This document shows positions 34,836 through 44,031 of a DNA stretch of 44,400 nt, in pieces. A model generated the notes under the pieces. That model did no database searches, had not been told where the DNA came from, and saw nothing but the letters and a program-made list of their open reading frames with translations. This DNA is from Actinomycetota bacterium. Its GTDB lineage: Bacteria; Actinomycetota; Actinomycetes; S36-B12; UBA5976. The translations under genes and the position numbers were made by a program. Numbering within the stretch: position 1 is the stretch's first letter; each line of letters opens with the position of its first letter. Where the stretch lies: positions 1 to 44,400 of the forward strand of contig JAFMIT010000002.1 of NCBI GenBank assembly GCA_017853815.1, read 5' to 3'.

Positions 34836-35243
34836 CTATGCAGTAATGGCGAGTCGGCGGCGAATCAGCGTCGCGGCTGCCTCGGCCAGGACAACAGGGT
34901 CAAGTGGTTGCGGAACAGCAGCCTCGGCTCGCGACCATGTCGCCAACCACCCATCTTGAGGGCGTCCTGTCAGCACAATCACGGGTGGGCAATTGAAGAT
35001 TTCATCCTTGAGTTGGCGGCAGATTCCCATGCCACCTGCAGGGACCGCTTCGCCATCAAGAATCGCGAGATCAATGCCGCCAGCGTCCATGTGGCGAATC
35101 ACCACTGGCTCAGTAGCGCACTCCACAAAACTGATTCTCGGAAGTTCGGGTGCAGGTCGAGTTCCGAGTGCTGCAATAACTGCTGCACGGGTAGTCGAAT
35201 CGTCGCTATAGACAAGAACGGAGATTTGGCGGTCTGAAGTCAC
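34836..35243 (-). CDS. Stand-alone receiver (REC)-like domain protein, atypical
   Basis: VLVYSDD is the acidic pair, DLAILDG the candidate phospho-Asp and VIVLTGR the conserved Thr. The position of the conserved Lys reads PQP. There is no output domain. The GTG start lies 9 nt after the upstream gene's stop. Confidence 0.55.
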   Translation of the reverse strand: MTSDRQISVLVYSDDSTTRAAVIAALGTRPAPELPRISFVECATEPVVIRHMDAGGIDLAILDGEAVPAGGMGICRQLKDEIFNCPPVIVLTGRPQDGWLATWSRAEAAVPQPLDPVVLAEAAATLIRRRLAITA

Positions 35244-35252
35244 GAGGAAATC

Positions 35253-36158
35253 CTAATCGTTGGCTTGTGATTGTTGAGCGAGTGACTCTTGCCGATCGAG
35301 CTCGCGGTCGACCCGCACGGCTTCGCGATCTGAAGCCTTGGACCACTGGATCATCAGGACCATGAACAGCAGCAAGCCAATAAAGTCGCCGGACACCCAC
35401 ATCAGGCCGCCAGCTAACTGTTGATCTTCGAGCAGCGTCGGCCCCCAACTGCGTGCGAGCTCTTCATAGTAATGAACTGCAATTGGCTGTTGTTGGTTCA
35501 TCATGGTCAGGCCTAAGAAGGCATGGAATGGCAAGGTGACAAACACGGCCAGCATGCGGATGGGGTATCCCATTCGCGGCATTGGATCGATGCCGATCAG
35601 CGACCACACCCACAAACTTCCCACAACCAGGAAGTGCACATGGTTGAGATTGTGCAAAATGGGGTTGGTCAGTGTCAGCTCATAGAAGCCTGTGTAATAC
35701 AAAATCCACGGATTGAGCACGAAAACCAAACCTGCGAACAGCGGGAAGGTGACGATTTTGGCCCAGAGGCTATTGAGCAACCACAGAAGCGCCTTGCGCA
35801 GACGAACGGGCAACGTCCGTAAAGCCAGGGTGACGGGCGCTCCCAGTGCAAGAAAAATCGGAGCGATCATGGTGAGGATCATGTGCTGGGCCATATGAGT
35901 CCACAAAAGCACCGTATCGAGATACGCAAGCGGCCCCTGTGTTACGACGAGGATGCTGCCCTGTCCACCGAGCACAAACGCGAAAGTGCGGCCGATGGGC
36001 CATCGATCGCCCCGCTGTTTTAATCGCCGAACGCCCCAAAGATAGATGCCCGAAATCGCCAGAACGGCCACCAACGGCAAGACTTCAAGCGGCCAAAACA
36101 TCTCTGAAATGTGCGGTTGAAGTGCTGAAATCGGCTCGGCTTCGTGCATCGAAATCAT
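35253..36158 (-). CDS. Cytochrome c oxidase assembly factor (CtaG/caa3_CtaG-like membrane protein)
   Basis: A polytopic membrane protein with WTHMAQHMILTMIAP and the LPFHAFLG/HxxxH pattern typical of the caa3_CtaG family. It is divergent from ctaE. Confidence 0.72.
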   Translation of the reverse strand: MISMHEAEPISALQPHISEMFWPLEVLPLVAVLAISGIYLWGVRRLKQRGDRWPIGRTFAFVLGGQGSILVVTQGPLAYLDTVLLWTHMAQHMILTMIAPIFLALGAPVTLALRTLPVRLRKALLWLLNSLWAKIVTFPLFAGLVFVLNPWILYYTGFYELTLTNPILHNLNHVHFLVVGSLWVWSLIGIDPMPRMGYPIRMLAVFVTLPFHAFLGLTMMNQQQPIAVHYYEELARSWGPTLLEDQQLAGGLMWVSGDFIGLLLFMVLMIQWSKASDREAVRVDRELDRQESLAQQSQAND

Positions 36159-36164
36159 GCCCTG

Positions 36165-36170
36165 AGCCTA
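36165..36170 (-). promoter_or_regulatory. Putative -10 element TAGGCT, 6 nt upstream of the ctaG-like ATG (leaderless)
   Basis: The minus strand reads TAGGCT-cagggc-ATG. Confidence 0.4.
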
Positions 36171-36271
36171 CGCGCGCGGCGTCTTCCACAGCAGCCGCCA
36201 GCGCCTGACCAAAGACTGTGACTCAAGCCACCCAATAAACCGCGCGAAATCGCCGCCCCGAGGAGTCGCAG

Positions 36272-36901
36272 GTGGCCATCTTTTGCCACAATACCCCCGT
36301 GACGACTGCGACTGCTTCGGCGACTCCTGCCCATCATTCCGTTGACCGACCCAACATGACGTCGGTTGGCACCATCGTGTGGCTTTCGAGCGAACTTATG
36401 TTCTTCGCCGCTCTGTTCGCGATGTACTTCACCCACCGCTCTGTGAACCCACAAGTGTGGGCTGAGACGACTCCGATGTTGAACATCCCGTTCTCCGGTG
36501 TCAACACGTTGATTCTTGTCCTCTCCTCTGTCACCTGCCAGATGGGCGTGTGGGCGGCAGAACGTCTCGACGCTCGTCGCATGCGACTCTGGTACATGAT
36601 CACGTTCTTCATGGGTGCGGTGTTTATCGGCGGTCAGGTGTTGGAATACGCGACACTGGTGCGCGAGGGTCTGACACTTTCCTCATCGTCTTACGGCTCG
36701 GTCTTCTACCTCACCACTGGTTTCCACGGTCTGCACGTCACCGGTGGCCTCATCGCGTTTCTGTTCGTCATCGCGTCGTCCTACGCACGCAAGAAATACA
36801 ACCACGCACAAGCAACCCGCGCAGTCGTCGTGAGCTACTACTGGCATTTCGTCGACGTCGTCTGGATTGGCTTGTTCGCCATGATCTACCTCATCAAGTA
36901 A
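36272..36901 (+). CDS. ctaE: Cytochrome c oxidase (aa3) subunit III
   Basis: [28 protein letters not shown]...[19 protein letters not shown] lies 6 nt upstream of GTG 36272. Confidence 0.92.
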   Translation: MAIFCHNTPVTTATASATPAHHSVDRPNMTSVGTIVWLSSELMFFAALFAMYFTHRSVNPQVWAETTPMLNIPFSGVNTLILVLSSVTCQMGVWAAERLDARRMRLWYMITFFMGAVFIGGQVLEYATLVREGLTLSSSSYGSVFYLTTGFHGLHVTGGLIAFLFVIASSYARKKYNHAQATRAVVVSYYWHFVDVVWIGLFAMIYLIK

Positions 36902-36925
36902 CTCAGAAATCGGTTAGGAATCAGC

Positions 36926-37714
36926 GTGCGTTTCACCGCAGCCCTTCGACGCAATCGCCTCGCGGCACCACTGGTCATGGTGGCAGCTCTTGTTGCTACT
37001 GGAGCCGCGTATGCCGCGATTGATTCGAGCACCTCGGCAGTCCAAGCAGCCGTCACGACAGAAACGTCGGTCACTCAAGGCAAGATGCTGTTCGCTGAAG
37101 GTTGCTCTTCCTGCCACGGCCTCAACGCCGAAGGGACCACTGATGGCCCCTCGCTGATTGGCGTCGGAGCTGCGGCGGTCGACTTCCAAGTGAGCTCCGG
37201 TCGCATGCCAATGGCAACGCAAGGCATCCAAGCGCCGCGCAAGGAGAGCATTTACTCCGAAGAAGAGATCGCTGCTTTGGCCGCATGGGTTGCGAGCCTT
37301 GCACCAGGACCTGCAATCCCTACAGATGAAGACATCAACACCGCGGGCGCGAATCTCGCCGAGGGCGGCGAGGCTTTCCGAGTCAACTGTGCGCAGTGCC
37401 ACAACTTTGCTGGCCAGGGTGGTGCGTTGACGGGCGGCAAGTACGCACCAAACCTCAACAAAGCAACTGCTCGTCAGATCTATGAAGCAATGCTCACCGG
37501 CCCACAGAACATGCCGATTTTTTCTGATGAAACCCTGCCAAAGGAACAAAAGCGAGCCATCATCGCTTACATCGAAGAGATGCGTAACGGTGCAAATCCA
37601 GGCGGCCTTGACCTTGGCAAATATGGCCCAGTGACCGAGGGTCTCTTTGCCTGGACTGCTGGTTTCTTGCTGCTGATTGTTGCGGCAGTTTGGATTGGAG
37701 TGAAAGCCAAGTGA
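36926..37714 (+). CDS. qcrC: Cytochrome bc1 complex dihaem cytochrome c subunit
   Basis: Two haem c motifs (CSSCH and CAQCH) and a C-terminal TM anchor. Confidence 0.92.
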   Translation: MRFTAALRRNRLAAPLVMVAALVATGAAYAAIDSSTSAVQAAVTTETSVTQGKMLFAEGCSSCHGLNAEGTTDGPSLIGVGAAAVDFQVSSGRMPMATQGIQAPRKESIYSEEEIAALAAWVASLAPGPAIPTDEDINTAGANLAEGGEAFRVNCAQCHNFAGQGGALTGGKYAPNLNKATARQIYEAMLTGPQNMPIFSDETLPKEQKRAIIAYIEEMRNGANPGGLDLGKYGPVTEGLFAWTAGFLLLIVAAVWIGVKAK

Positions 37715-38742
37715 GCGACGTCGTACATCACGAGTCTTCCGAGAATCGTCCAGCACCAGCCCCGATCCCCCATGAACTTCGCCGCACCGACATCGATGCG
37801 CGCGCTGCTCGTCGAGCCGAGCGCCAAGTCGCCACGATGTTCGCTCTCAGTGCTCTCTTTGCAGTTCTGTTTGTCGTCTCGTTCGTAGGCATTGACCCAG
37901 AATTCGAAATGGGTCTCCCAGTCATCGGCACTACCCGCCCGCTCAATATCGCTATGGGCGTGTGCATGGGCTTGTCCATCTTGCTCATTGGCACTGGCGC
38001 AATCCACTGGGCGCGCAAGTTGATGCCAGATGTCGAAGTTGTTGAAGAGCGCCATGACTTCGCTTCCTCGGACGAAGACAAAGCTCGTTTGGCCGAAACC
38101 TTTGGCGCTGGCGTCGAGGATTCAGGTTTCGTAAAGCGTCCGATTATTCGCCGTACTCTGCTTGGCGCGATGGCACTTTTCCCGATTCCTCTCGTAGTAA
38201 TGCTTCGGGATTTGGGTCACGATCCAGACCCAGCCGGCAGTTTGAAGCGCACCATGTGGCGTAGCGGCATGCGTCTTGTCACTGACTCGACTCATGAGCC
38301 CATCAAGGCTGACGCCATTCCAGTAGGCAACCTCATCAACGCGATTCCAGATGGTCTCGTCGAGCTCGAAGAAGAAGAGGGCAACCTCAACGAGCGCGCG
38401 AAGGCCGTCATCATCGTCGTGCGAATCGATCCAGCCGACATCGTCTCTCAACAAGGCGGAACAGCTGAAGAGCCATGGGACTACAACGGTGTCTTGGCAT
38501 ATAGCAAAGTCTGCACGCACGTAGGCTGCCCGATTTCACTCTACGAACAGCGCACCCATCATTTGTTGTGCCCTTGCCATCAATCGACGTTCGATCTTGC
38601 AGACAGTGGCCGAGTGGTCTTTGGTCCCGCCGTCAGGCGCATGCCGCAATTAGCCATTAGCGTTGACTCCGAGGGTTACCTCATCGCACGTGGCGACTTC
38701 GCCGAACCTATTGGTCCAAGCTTCTGGGAGATTGCACAGTGA
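37711..38742 (+). CDS. qcrA: Cytochrome bc1 complex Rieske iron-sulfur subunit
   Basis: CTHVGCP and CPCHQSTF Rieske motifs, with N-terminal TM helices. The GTG start overlaps the qcrC TGA (GTGA). Confidence 0.92.
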   Translation: MSDVVHHESSENRPAPAPIPHELRRTDIDARAARRAERQVATMFALSALFAVLFVVSFVGIDPEFEMGLPVIGTTRPLNIAMGVCMGLSILLIGTGAIHWARKLMPDVEVVEERHDFASSDEDKARLAETFGAGVEDSGFVKRPIIRRTLLGAMALFPIPLVVMLRDLGHDPDPAGSLKRTMWRSGMRLVTDSTHEPIKADAIPVGNLINAIPDGLVELEEEEGNLNERAKAVIIVVRIDPADIVSQQGGTAEEPWDYNGVLAYSKVCTHVGCPISLYEQRTHHLLCPCHQSTFDLADSGRVVFGPAVRRMPQLAISVDSEGYLIARGDFAEPIGPSFWEIAQ

Positions 38743-40382
38743 GTCTCACGCAACAGTCACCAACTTCAAAAGTCCTGACCTGGGCGGATGAGCGCTTCGG
38801 CGCCGCAAAGGGTCTTCGCGTCGCCATGAACAAAGTGTTCCCCGATCACTGGTCGTTCATGCTCGGCGAAATCGCGTTGTACTCGTTCATCATCATCTTG
38901 CTATCCGGCACCTACCTAACACTCTTCTTCGTTCCTTCGATGACTGAGATCGTCTACAACGGTTCCTACGTGCCGCTTAAAGGCGTAAAGATGACTGAGG
39001 CCTACGCCTCATCTCTTGACATCTCGTTCGATGTCCGCGGCGGTTTGTTGATGCGTCAGATTCATCACTGGGCAGCGCTTTTCTTCGTCGGCGCTATGAG
39101 CGTGCATATGCTGCGCGTTTTCTTCACAGGCGCTTTCCGCAAACCCCGTGAACTCAACTGGGTTATCGGAACAGTGCTGTTGACCCTCGGCATTGTTGAA
39201 GGTTTCGCAGGCTATTCGTTGCCGGACGATTTGCTGTCAGGCACGGGCCTTCGAATTACTCAAGGCATCATTCTTGCAACCCCCGTTATCGGAACTTGGG
39301 CATCGTCTCTTCTCTTCGGTGGCGAGTTCCCCGGAACAGACTTCATTCCCCGACTGTTCACGATTCACGTGCTGCTGGTTCCGGGCATCATTCTGGCTCT
39401 CGTCACGGTTCACATGCTGCTGGTTGTCTTCCATAAGCACACGCAGTTCCCCGGCCCAGGACGTACCAACAAGAACGTTGTTGGTTACCCACTGCTTCCT
39501 GTGTATGTCGCAAAAGCTGGCGGTTTCTTCTTCATCGTCTTCGGCATCACGACGTTGCTTGCCGCACTCGTGACCATCAACCCCATTTGGATGTTTGGAC
39601 CGTACGTGCCGAACGCAGTGTCCGCAGGTTCTCAGCCTGACTGGTACATGGGCTTCCTCGATGGCGCTGTTCGACTGATGCCAGGTATCGAAGTGCAGAT
39701 CTTCGGTGGCACCTTGGGCCTGAACATGCTCGTTCCTGCGATGGTTATCCCAGGCATCATGTTCACGCTCCTTGGTCTATACCCATGGATCGAAGCATGG
39801 GCTTCTGGTGATCGCTCAATTCATAACTTGCTCGATCGTCCACGTAACGCCCCAACGCGTACCGCACTCGGAGTCATGGCTCTCACGTTCTACGTGATCC
39901 TTTGGGCATCTGGCGGCAATGACTTGATCGCGACCACTTTTGGCCTCTCGATCAACTCGATCACGTGGACGCTTCGCTTTGGACTCTTCATCTTGCCGGC
40001 AATTGCGTTCTGGGTCACCAAGCGCATCTGCCTTTCGCTGCAACGCCGCGATCGCGAAAAGCTTCTGCACGGTCGCGAATCAGGACGCATCATGCGTTTG
40101 CCTCACGGTGAGTTCATCGAAATCCACGAGCCAATCTCCGACAAGGAAAAGGCAAAGCTGCTTTCGAAGGTGGATATCACTCCACTCGCACTCCCCGCCG
40201 CCGAGGATGCCAACGGTGTGGCCCTCCCCCAGGCCCGCAAGCGGCGCATCCAGGCGAAGGTTTCGCAATGGTTCTACGCTGACAACGTGCCGCGACCAAC
40301 GGCTGCGGAATTGGAAGAGGCCGAAGCGCACTTCGCTCATCTCGAAAGTGGACACCACGACCGAGAGCTTGAATCGCACTAG
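38739..40382 (+). CDS. qcrB: Cytochrome bc1 complex cytochrome b subunit
   Basis: 547 aa and polytopic, with the RQIHHWAALFFVGAMSVH haem-ligand region. The GTG start overlaps the qcrA TGA. Confidence 0.93.
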   Translation: MSLTQQSPTSKVLTWADERFGAAKGLRVAMNKVFPDHWSFMLGEIALYSFIIILLSGTYLTLFFVPSMTEIVYNGSYVPLKGVKMTEAYASSLDISFDVRGGLLMRQIHHWAALFFVGAMSVHMLRVFFTGAFRKPRELNWVIGTVLLTLGIVEGFAGYSLPDDLLSGTGLRITQGIILATPVIGTWASSLLFGGEFPGTDFIPRLFTIHVLLVPGIILALVTVHMLLVVFHKHTQFPGPGRTNKNVVGYPLLPVYVAKAGGFFFIVFGITTLLAALVTINPIWMFGPYVPNAVSAGSQPDWYMGFLDGAVRLMPGIEVQIFGGTLGLNMLVPAMVIPGIMFTLLGLYPWIEAWASGDRSIHNLLDRPRNAPTRTALGVMALTFYVILWASGGNDLIATTFGLSINSITWTLRFGLFILPAIAFWVTKRICLSLQRRDREKLLHGRESGRIMRLPHGEFIEIHEPISDKEKAKLLSKVDITPLALPAAEDANGVALPQARKRRIQAKVSQWFYADNVPRPTAAELEEAEAHFAHLESGHHDRELESH

Positions 40383-40404
40383 GTCGCATTTCAGCTGTAC
40401 ATCC

Positions 40405-40448
40405 AACAGCCCCGGACCACCCACAGCGGGTGTCACTCCGGGGCTGTT
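40405..40448 (+). terminator. Hairpin downstream of qcrB
   Basis: aacagccccgga-(20 nt)-tccggggctgtt has a 12-bp stem and is followed by tgatgttg. Confidence 0.5.
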
Positions 40449-40461
40449 TGATGTTGTGGAC

Positions 40462-40467
40462 TAGTTT
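40462..40467 (+). promoter_or_regulatory. Putative -10 element TAGTTT, 6 nt upstream of the acyltransferase ATG (leaderless)
   Basis: tagttt-tgagac-ATG(40474). Confidence 0.4.
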
Positions 40468-40473
40468 TGAGAC

Positions 40474-41859
40474 ATGAATTTTCTGCATGATGTCAGTGAA
40501 AAGGCTGCCGCAGAAACTCCTGAAGGACGCGATCGTGTCATCGATGGCATTCGCGCCTTCGCCATCGTGGGGGTTGTCTTCGGCCATTTGCTGATGGGTC
40601 TGGTGTTCTGGAAAGACGGAGTGCCTTTTCTTGGCAACCTACTAGCGAGCTCGCTGCCGCTGCAATTGCTCACCTGGATCCTTCAGGTGATGCCACTTTT
40701 CTTCATCGCGGGCGGTGCAGCCAATCTGTTGTCGTGGGATTCAGCAAGAAGCAAAGCTCTGCCGTATCACATGTGGCTCTGGAACCGAGTTCGCCGGCTC
40801 ATGAAGCCCATCACTGTGTACATGATGGTCATGGCGCCGGTTGGTGCGTTGGTCTACAAAATCGCCAAACCAGCAGTAGCGACGCCGTTTTTGATGCTGA
40901 CTACTCAGCTGCTCTGGTTCGTCGGTATTTACATTCTCATCACTGCGCTGACACCAGTGCTCGTGAGCATGGAGCGGCGTTTTCATTTTGGGGCGGCAGC
41001 TCTCTGGTTCGTCGCGACGGTTCTCATCGACATGGGCCGGCTGTACTGGGGTTGGCCGGCTGCCCTTGGACTCTTGAACTTCATCGGCGTGTGGGCAATT
41101 GCCTGCCACTGTGGCTACTGGTACATCCAACGAGAATCCAATCGCACCGCGATTGCCGCCCTTGGCACGCTCCTGCTTGGTCTGAACATCGCTCTCGTGT
41201 ACTACGGGCCTTATCCCGTTTCGCTGGTTGGTCTGCCCGGAGAAGATTTCAGCAACATGGCGCCACCGTCGCTCGTGATGGCAGTGCACACGCTCATCAC
41301 GTTTTGTGCCCTCACCGCACTTCGACCTGCGATTGTCCGTCTGCTCGACAACACCCGTGTCTGGCGGCGAGTGGTTGAGGTGAACATCGCAGCCATGACC
41401 ATCTACCTGTGGCACTTACCCGTGATTGTCCTTGGAACCATGCTGTTTCACTCGATAGGTTGGGATCGACCTACGCTCCAGAACGATGCGGGCGTGGTTT
41501 TGCCTACTGATGGCTTCTTCCTGGCGAGCATTCCGTACTGGTTGACCTGTGCGTTCCTTATCTTCTGGGCAGTGCAAGTGCTGTGGGTGACAGAACACAT
41601 CCGCCTACCGTGGTGGGATAAGCCCCTCGAGAAGGCCCGTGGCCACTGGTACAACGAGGCCTTAGCAATCCCCGCAGCGATTGCCATTGGTGTCAGTTTG
41701 ATATTGCTCGCTGGCGCAGGTTTGGCTGGTTTCCCGAGTCGAGATCATGAGTTTGGCGGCTTACATTGGACGAGCGGACAAGCGGTGCTGGCTCTAGCAA
41801 TCGGCATTGTTGGGCTGCGGACCGCAGTAGCTCTCGGCAGTTCCAAGAACCCCAAATAG
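40474..41859 (+). CDS. Acyltransferase family 3 (OafA/YrhL-like) integral membrane protein
   Basis: The N-terminal RVIDGIRAFAIVGVVFGH motif and more than 10 hydrophobic segments. 461 aa. Confidence 0.72.
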   Translation: MNFLHDVSEKAAAETPEGRDRVIDGIRAFAIVGVVFGHLLMGLVFWKDGVPFLGNLLASSLPLQLLTWILQVMPLFFIAGGAANLLSWDSARSKALPYHMWLWNRVRRLMKPITVYMMVMAPVGALVYKIAKPAVATPFLMLTTQLLWFVGIYILITALTPVLVSMERRFHFGAAALWFVATVLIDMGRLYWGWPAALGLLNFIGVWAIACHCGYWYIQRESNRTAIAALGTLLLGLNIALVYYGPYPVSLVGLPGEDFSNMAPPSLVMAVHTLITFCALTALRPAIVRLLDNTRVWRRVVEVNIAAMTIYLWHLPVIVLGTMLFHSIGWDRPTLQNDAGVVLPTDGFFLASIPYWLTCAFLIFWAVQVLWVTEHIRLPWWDKPLEKARGHWYNEALAIPAAIAIGVSLILLAGAGLAGFPSRDHEFGGLHWTSGQAVLALAIGIVGLRTAVALGSSKNPK

Positions 41860-41900
41860 GCAAGAGCTCCACATAGATTCAATCTCCTGCGTGCAGACGG

Positions 41901-41940
41901 CAAAAAAATAACCCCCGCAAGCGAGTGCCGCGGGGGTTAT
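41901..41940 (-). terminator. Rho-independent terminator of ctaF; the hairpin is shared with the convergent acyltransferase gene
   Basis: ataacccccgc-(11 nt)-gcgggggttat. On the minus strand the hairpin is followed by a run of 7 T. Confidence 0.75.
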
Positions 41941-41949
41941 CAATGTCGT

Positions 41950-42348
41950 TTAATAATCAGCAAATGATCCGCGCTGGTACTCAAACAGCCAGCCAAAGAC
42001 TGCCCAGAGCAACAACGTGATTCCCAAGACCATAATCCAGGTTGCGAAAATCAACCCAAGGAAAGTAATTGCAGCACCCGCAGCGACTGGGAGTGGCCAC
42101 CAAGAGTGAGGGCTGAAGAAACCATAGTCGGCATCGGCCTCGTCAATTTCAGCATCAAGCCGGTCCTCTGGGCGTGGTCCAATCTTCTTGCCCGTAAACA
42201 ACATGTACGAGCCAATAATGATGGAGAGTCCGGCCGTCAACGCAAGCGCGGTGGTGCCGATAACGTCGCCCGTCATAACGGAGTAGATCACGGCGATTAC
42301 TGCATAAAAAGCGGCCGCAGCAGTGAAAAGCCAGCCTTCAACTTTCAT
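41950..42348 (-). CDS. ctaF: Cytochrome c oxidase subunit IV (actinobacterial CtaF)
   Basis: 132 aa with 4 TM segments and the GFFSPHSWWPL motif. It lies immediately downstream of ctaD. Confidence 0.85.
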   Translation of the reverse strand: MKVEGWLFTAAAAFYAVIAVIYSVMTGDVIGTTALALTAGLSIIIGSYMLFTGKKIGPRPEDRLDAEIDEADADYGFFSPHSWWPLPVAAGAAITFLGLIFATWIMVLGITLLLWAVFGWLFEYQRGSFADY

Positions 42349-42363
42349 CTCAATCTACTTTCG

Positions 42364-44031
42364 TTAGTGGCTGTTCTCAGCAGCTTCTGGGTGATGCAGA
42401 TCAAACGCCGGACGTTCCGAACGAATACGAGGGAGGCTCACGAAGTTGTGTCGTGGCGGTGGGCATGAGGTCGCCCACTCAAGTGAAGCGCCCCAGCCCC
42501 ACGGGTCGTCGGACGTCACGAGCGGCGCATGGCGGTAGGTCTTGTATACGTTGTAAATGAAGACCAGGGTAGACGCACCAAGGATGAATGAACCAACTGT
42601 CGAAATCATGTTGAAGTCGGTGAAGCCATCGGAATCCAAGTAGTCGACATAGCGGCGAGGCATACCCATGACACCAAGCCAATGCTGAATGAGGAACGTC
42701 ATGTGGAAGCCGACAAACGCTAGCCAGAAGTGCAGTTTGCCTAGACGATCATCAAGCATGCGACCTGTCCACTTTGGCCACCAGAAGTAGAAGCCAGAGA
42801 ACATCGCAAAGACGACGGTACCGAAGACGACGTAGTGGAAGTGAGCAACCACGAAGTACGTATCGGAGACATGGAAGTCAATCGGTGGCATGGCCAACAG
42901 CACGCCTGTCAAGCCACCGAAAAGGAAGGTTGCTAGGAAGCCAATAGTCCACAGCATGGGCGATTCAAAGGTGACAGATCCGCCCCACATCGTGCCAAGC
43001 CAGTTGAAGAACTTCACTCCGGTAGGCACCGCAATCAGCATCGTCGTGGTGCTGAAGAACGGAAGATTGACAGCACCCGTCACGTACATGTGGTGCGCCC
43101 ACACTGCCATAGACAGACCAGCGATCGCGATTGTTGCGAACACCAATCCCTTGTAACCAAAGATCGGCTTGCGACTGAAAACTGGGAGAACTTCAGAGGC
43201 AATACCAAAGAATGGAAGTGCCAGGATGTACACCTCAGGGTGACCGAAGAACCAGAAGAGGTGTTGCCAGAGCATCGCACCACCGTTGGCGGCATCAAAC
43301 ACGACGGAGCCGAATTTGCGATCAACTTCGAGGACGACGAGCGCCGCTGCCAGCACAGGGAAAGCCATGATGACCAAAACCGAGGTGAGCAAAACATTCC
43401 AGCTGAAGATGCTCATGCGGAACATCGTCATACCTGGTGCGCGCATCGTGAAGATTGTGGTGATGAAGTTGACGGCACCAAGAATGGTTCCAAGTCCACC
43501 GAGGGCAAGGCCGAGAAGCCACATGTCGCCGCCGGCGCCTGGAGAATTGACGGCATTCGAAAGTGGCGCATAGGCAAACCAACCAAACGACGCGGCGCCG
43601 CCAGGCGTGAAGAAGCCCGCACAAACGGTCGTGCCGCCAAAGAGGAACATCCAGTAGCCGAGCATGTTCAGGCGAGGGAAAGCTACGTCAGGAGCACCGA
43701 TTTGTAACGGCATGATGATGTTGGCAAAACCAACAAACAATGGCGTTGCAAAGAGGAACAACATGATGGTGCCATGCATCGTGAAGAGCTGGTTGTACTG
43801 CTCATTGTTGAGGAATTGCAGACCAGGACGTGCCAATTCAGCGCGCATCAACAGCGCCATTACGCCAGCAATGCCGAAGAAGACCATCGAAGTGATGAGG
43901 TACATGTAACCAATGGTCTTGTGGTCAGTCGACGTGATCCACTTAACGATGGTGCGGCCGAGACGTTCCTGTCGAGGAGCGCGTGGTGCTGCGTACTCAG
44001 AGGTTGATGGGCGATCCGACAAGATTGTCAT
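42364..44031 (-). CDS. ctaD: Cytochrome c oxidase (aa3) subunit I
   Basis: Canonical haem-copper oxidase subunit I sequence ([22 protein letters not shown]). The ATG overlaps the ctaC TGA. Confidence 0.95.
   Translation of the reverse strand: MTILSDRPSTSEYAAPRAPRQERLGRTIVKWITSTDHKTIGYMYLITSMVFFGIAGVMALLMRAELARPGLQFLNNEQYNQLFTMHGTIMLFLFATPLFVGFANIIMPLQIGAPDVAFPRLNMLGYWMFLFGGTTVCAGFFTPGGAASFGWFAYAPLSNAVNSPGAGGDMWLLGLALGGLGTILGAVNFITTIFTMRAPGMTMFRMSIFSWNVLLTSVLVIMAFPVLAAALVVLEVDRKFGSVVFDAANGGAMLWQHLFWFFGHPEVYILALPFFGIASEVLPVFSRKPIFGYKGLVFATIAIAGLSMAVWAHHMYVTGAVNLPFFSTTTMLIAVPTGVKFFNWLGTMWGGSVTFESPMLWTIGFLATFLFGGLTGVLLAMPPIDFHVSDTYFVVAHFHYVVFGTVVFAMFSGFYFWWPKWTGRMLDDRLGKLHFWLAFVGFHMTFLIQHWLGVMGMPRRYVDYLDSDGFTDFNMISTVGSFILGASTLVFIYNVYKTYRHAPLVTSDDPWGWGASLEWATSCPPPRHNFVSLPRIRSERPAFDLHHPEAAENSH

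Noticed and set aside
36914-37756. A 280-aa minus-strand ORF inside qcrC
   Set aside because: It is an antisense shadow. The plus strand carries both CxxCH haem motifs.
40741-41415. 224-aa (minus) and 214-aa (plus, alternative frame) ORFs inside the acyltransferase gene
   Set aside because: The hydrophobic multi-TM frame with the acyltransferase-3 N-terminal motif is the coherent one. The others are Arg/His-rich shadows.
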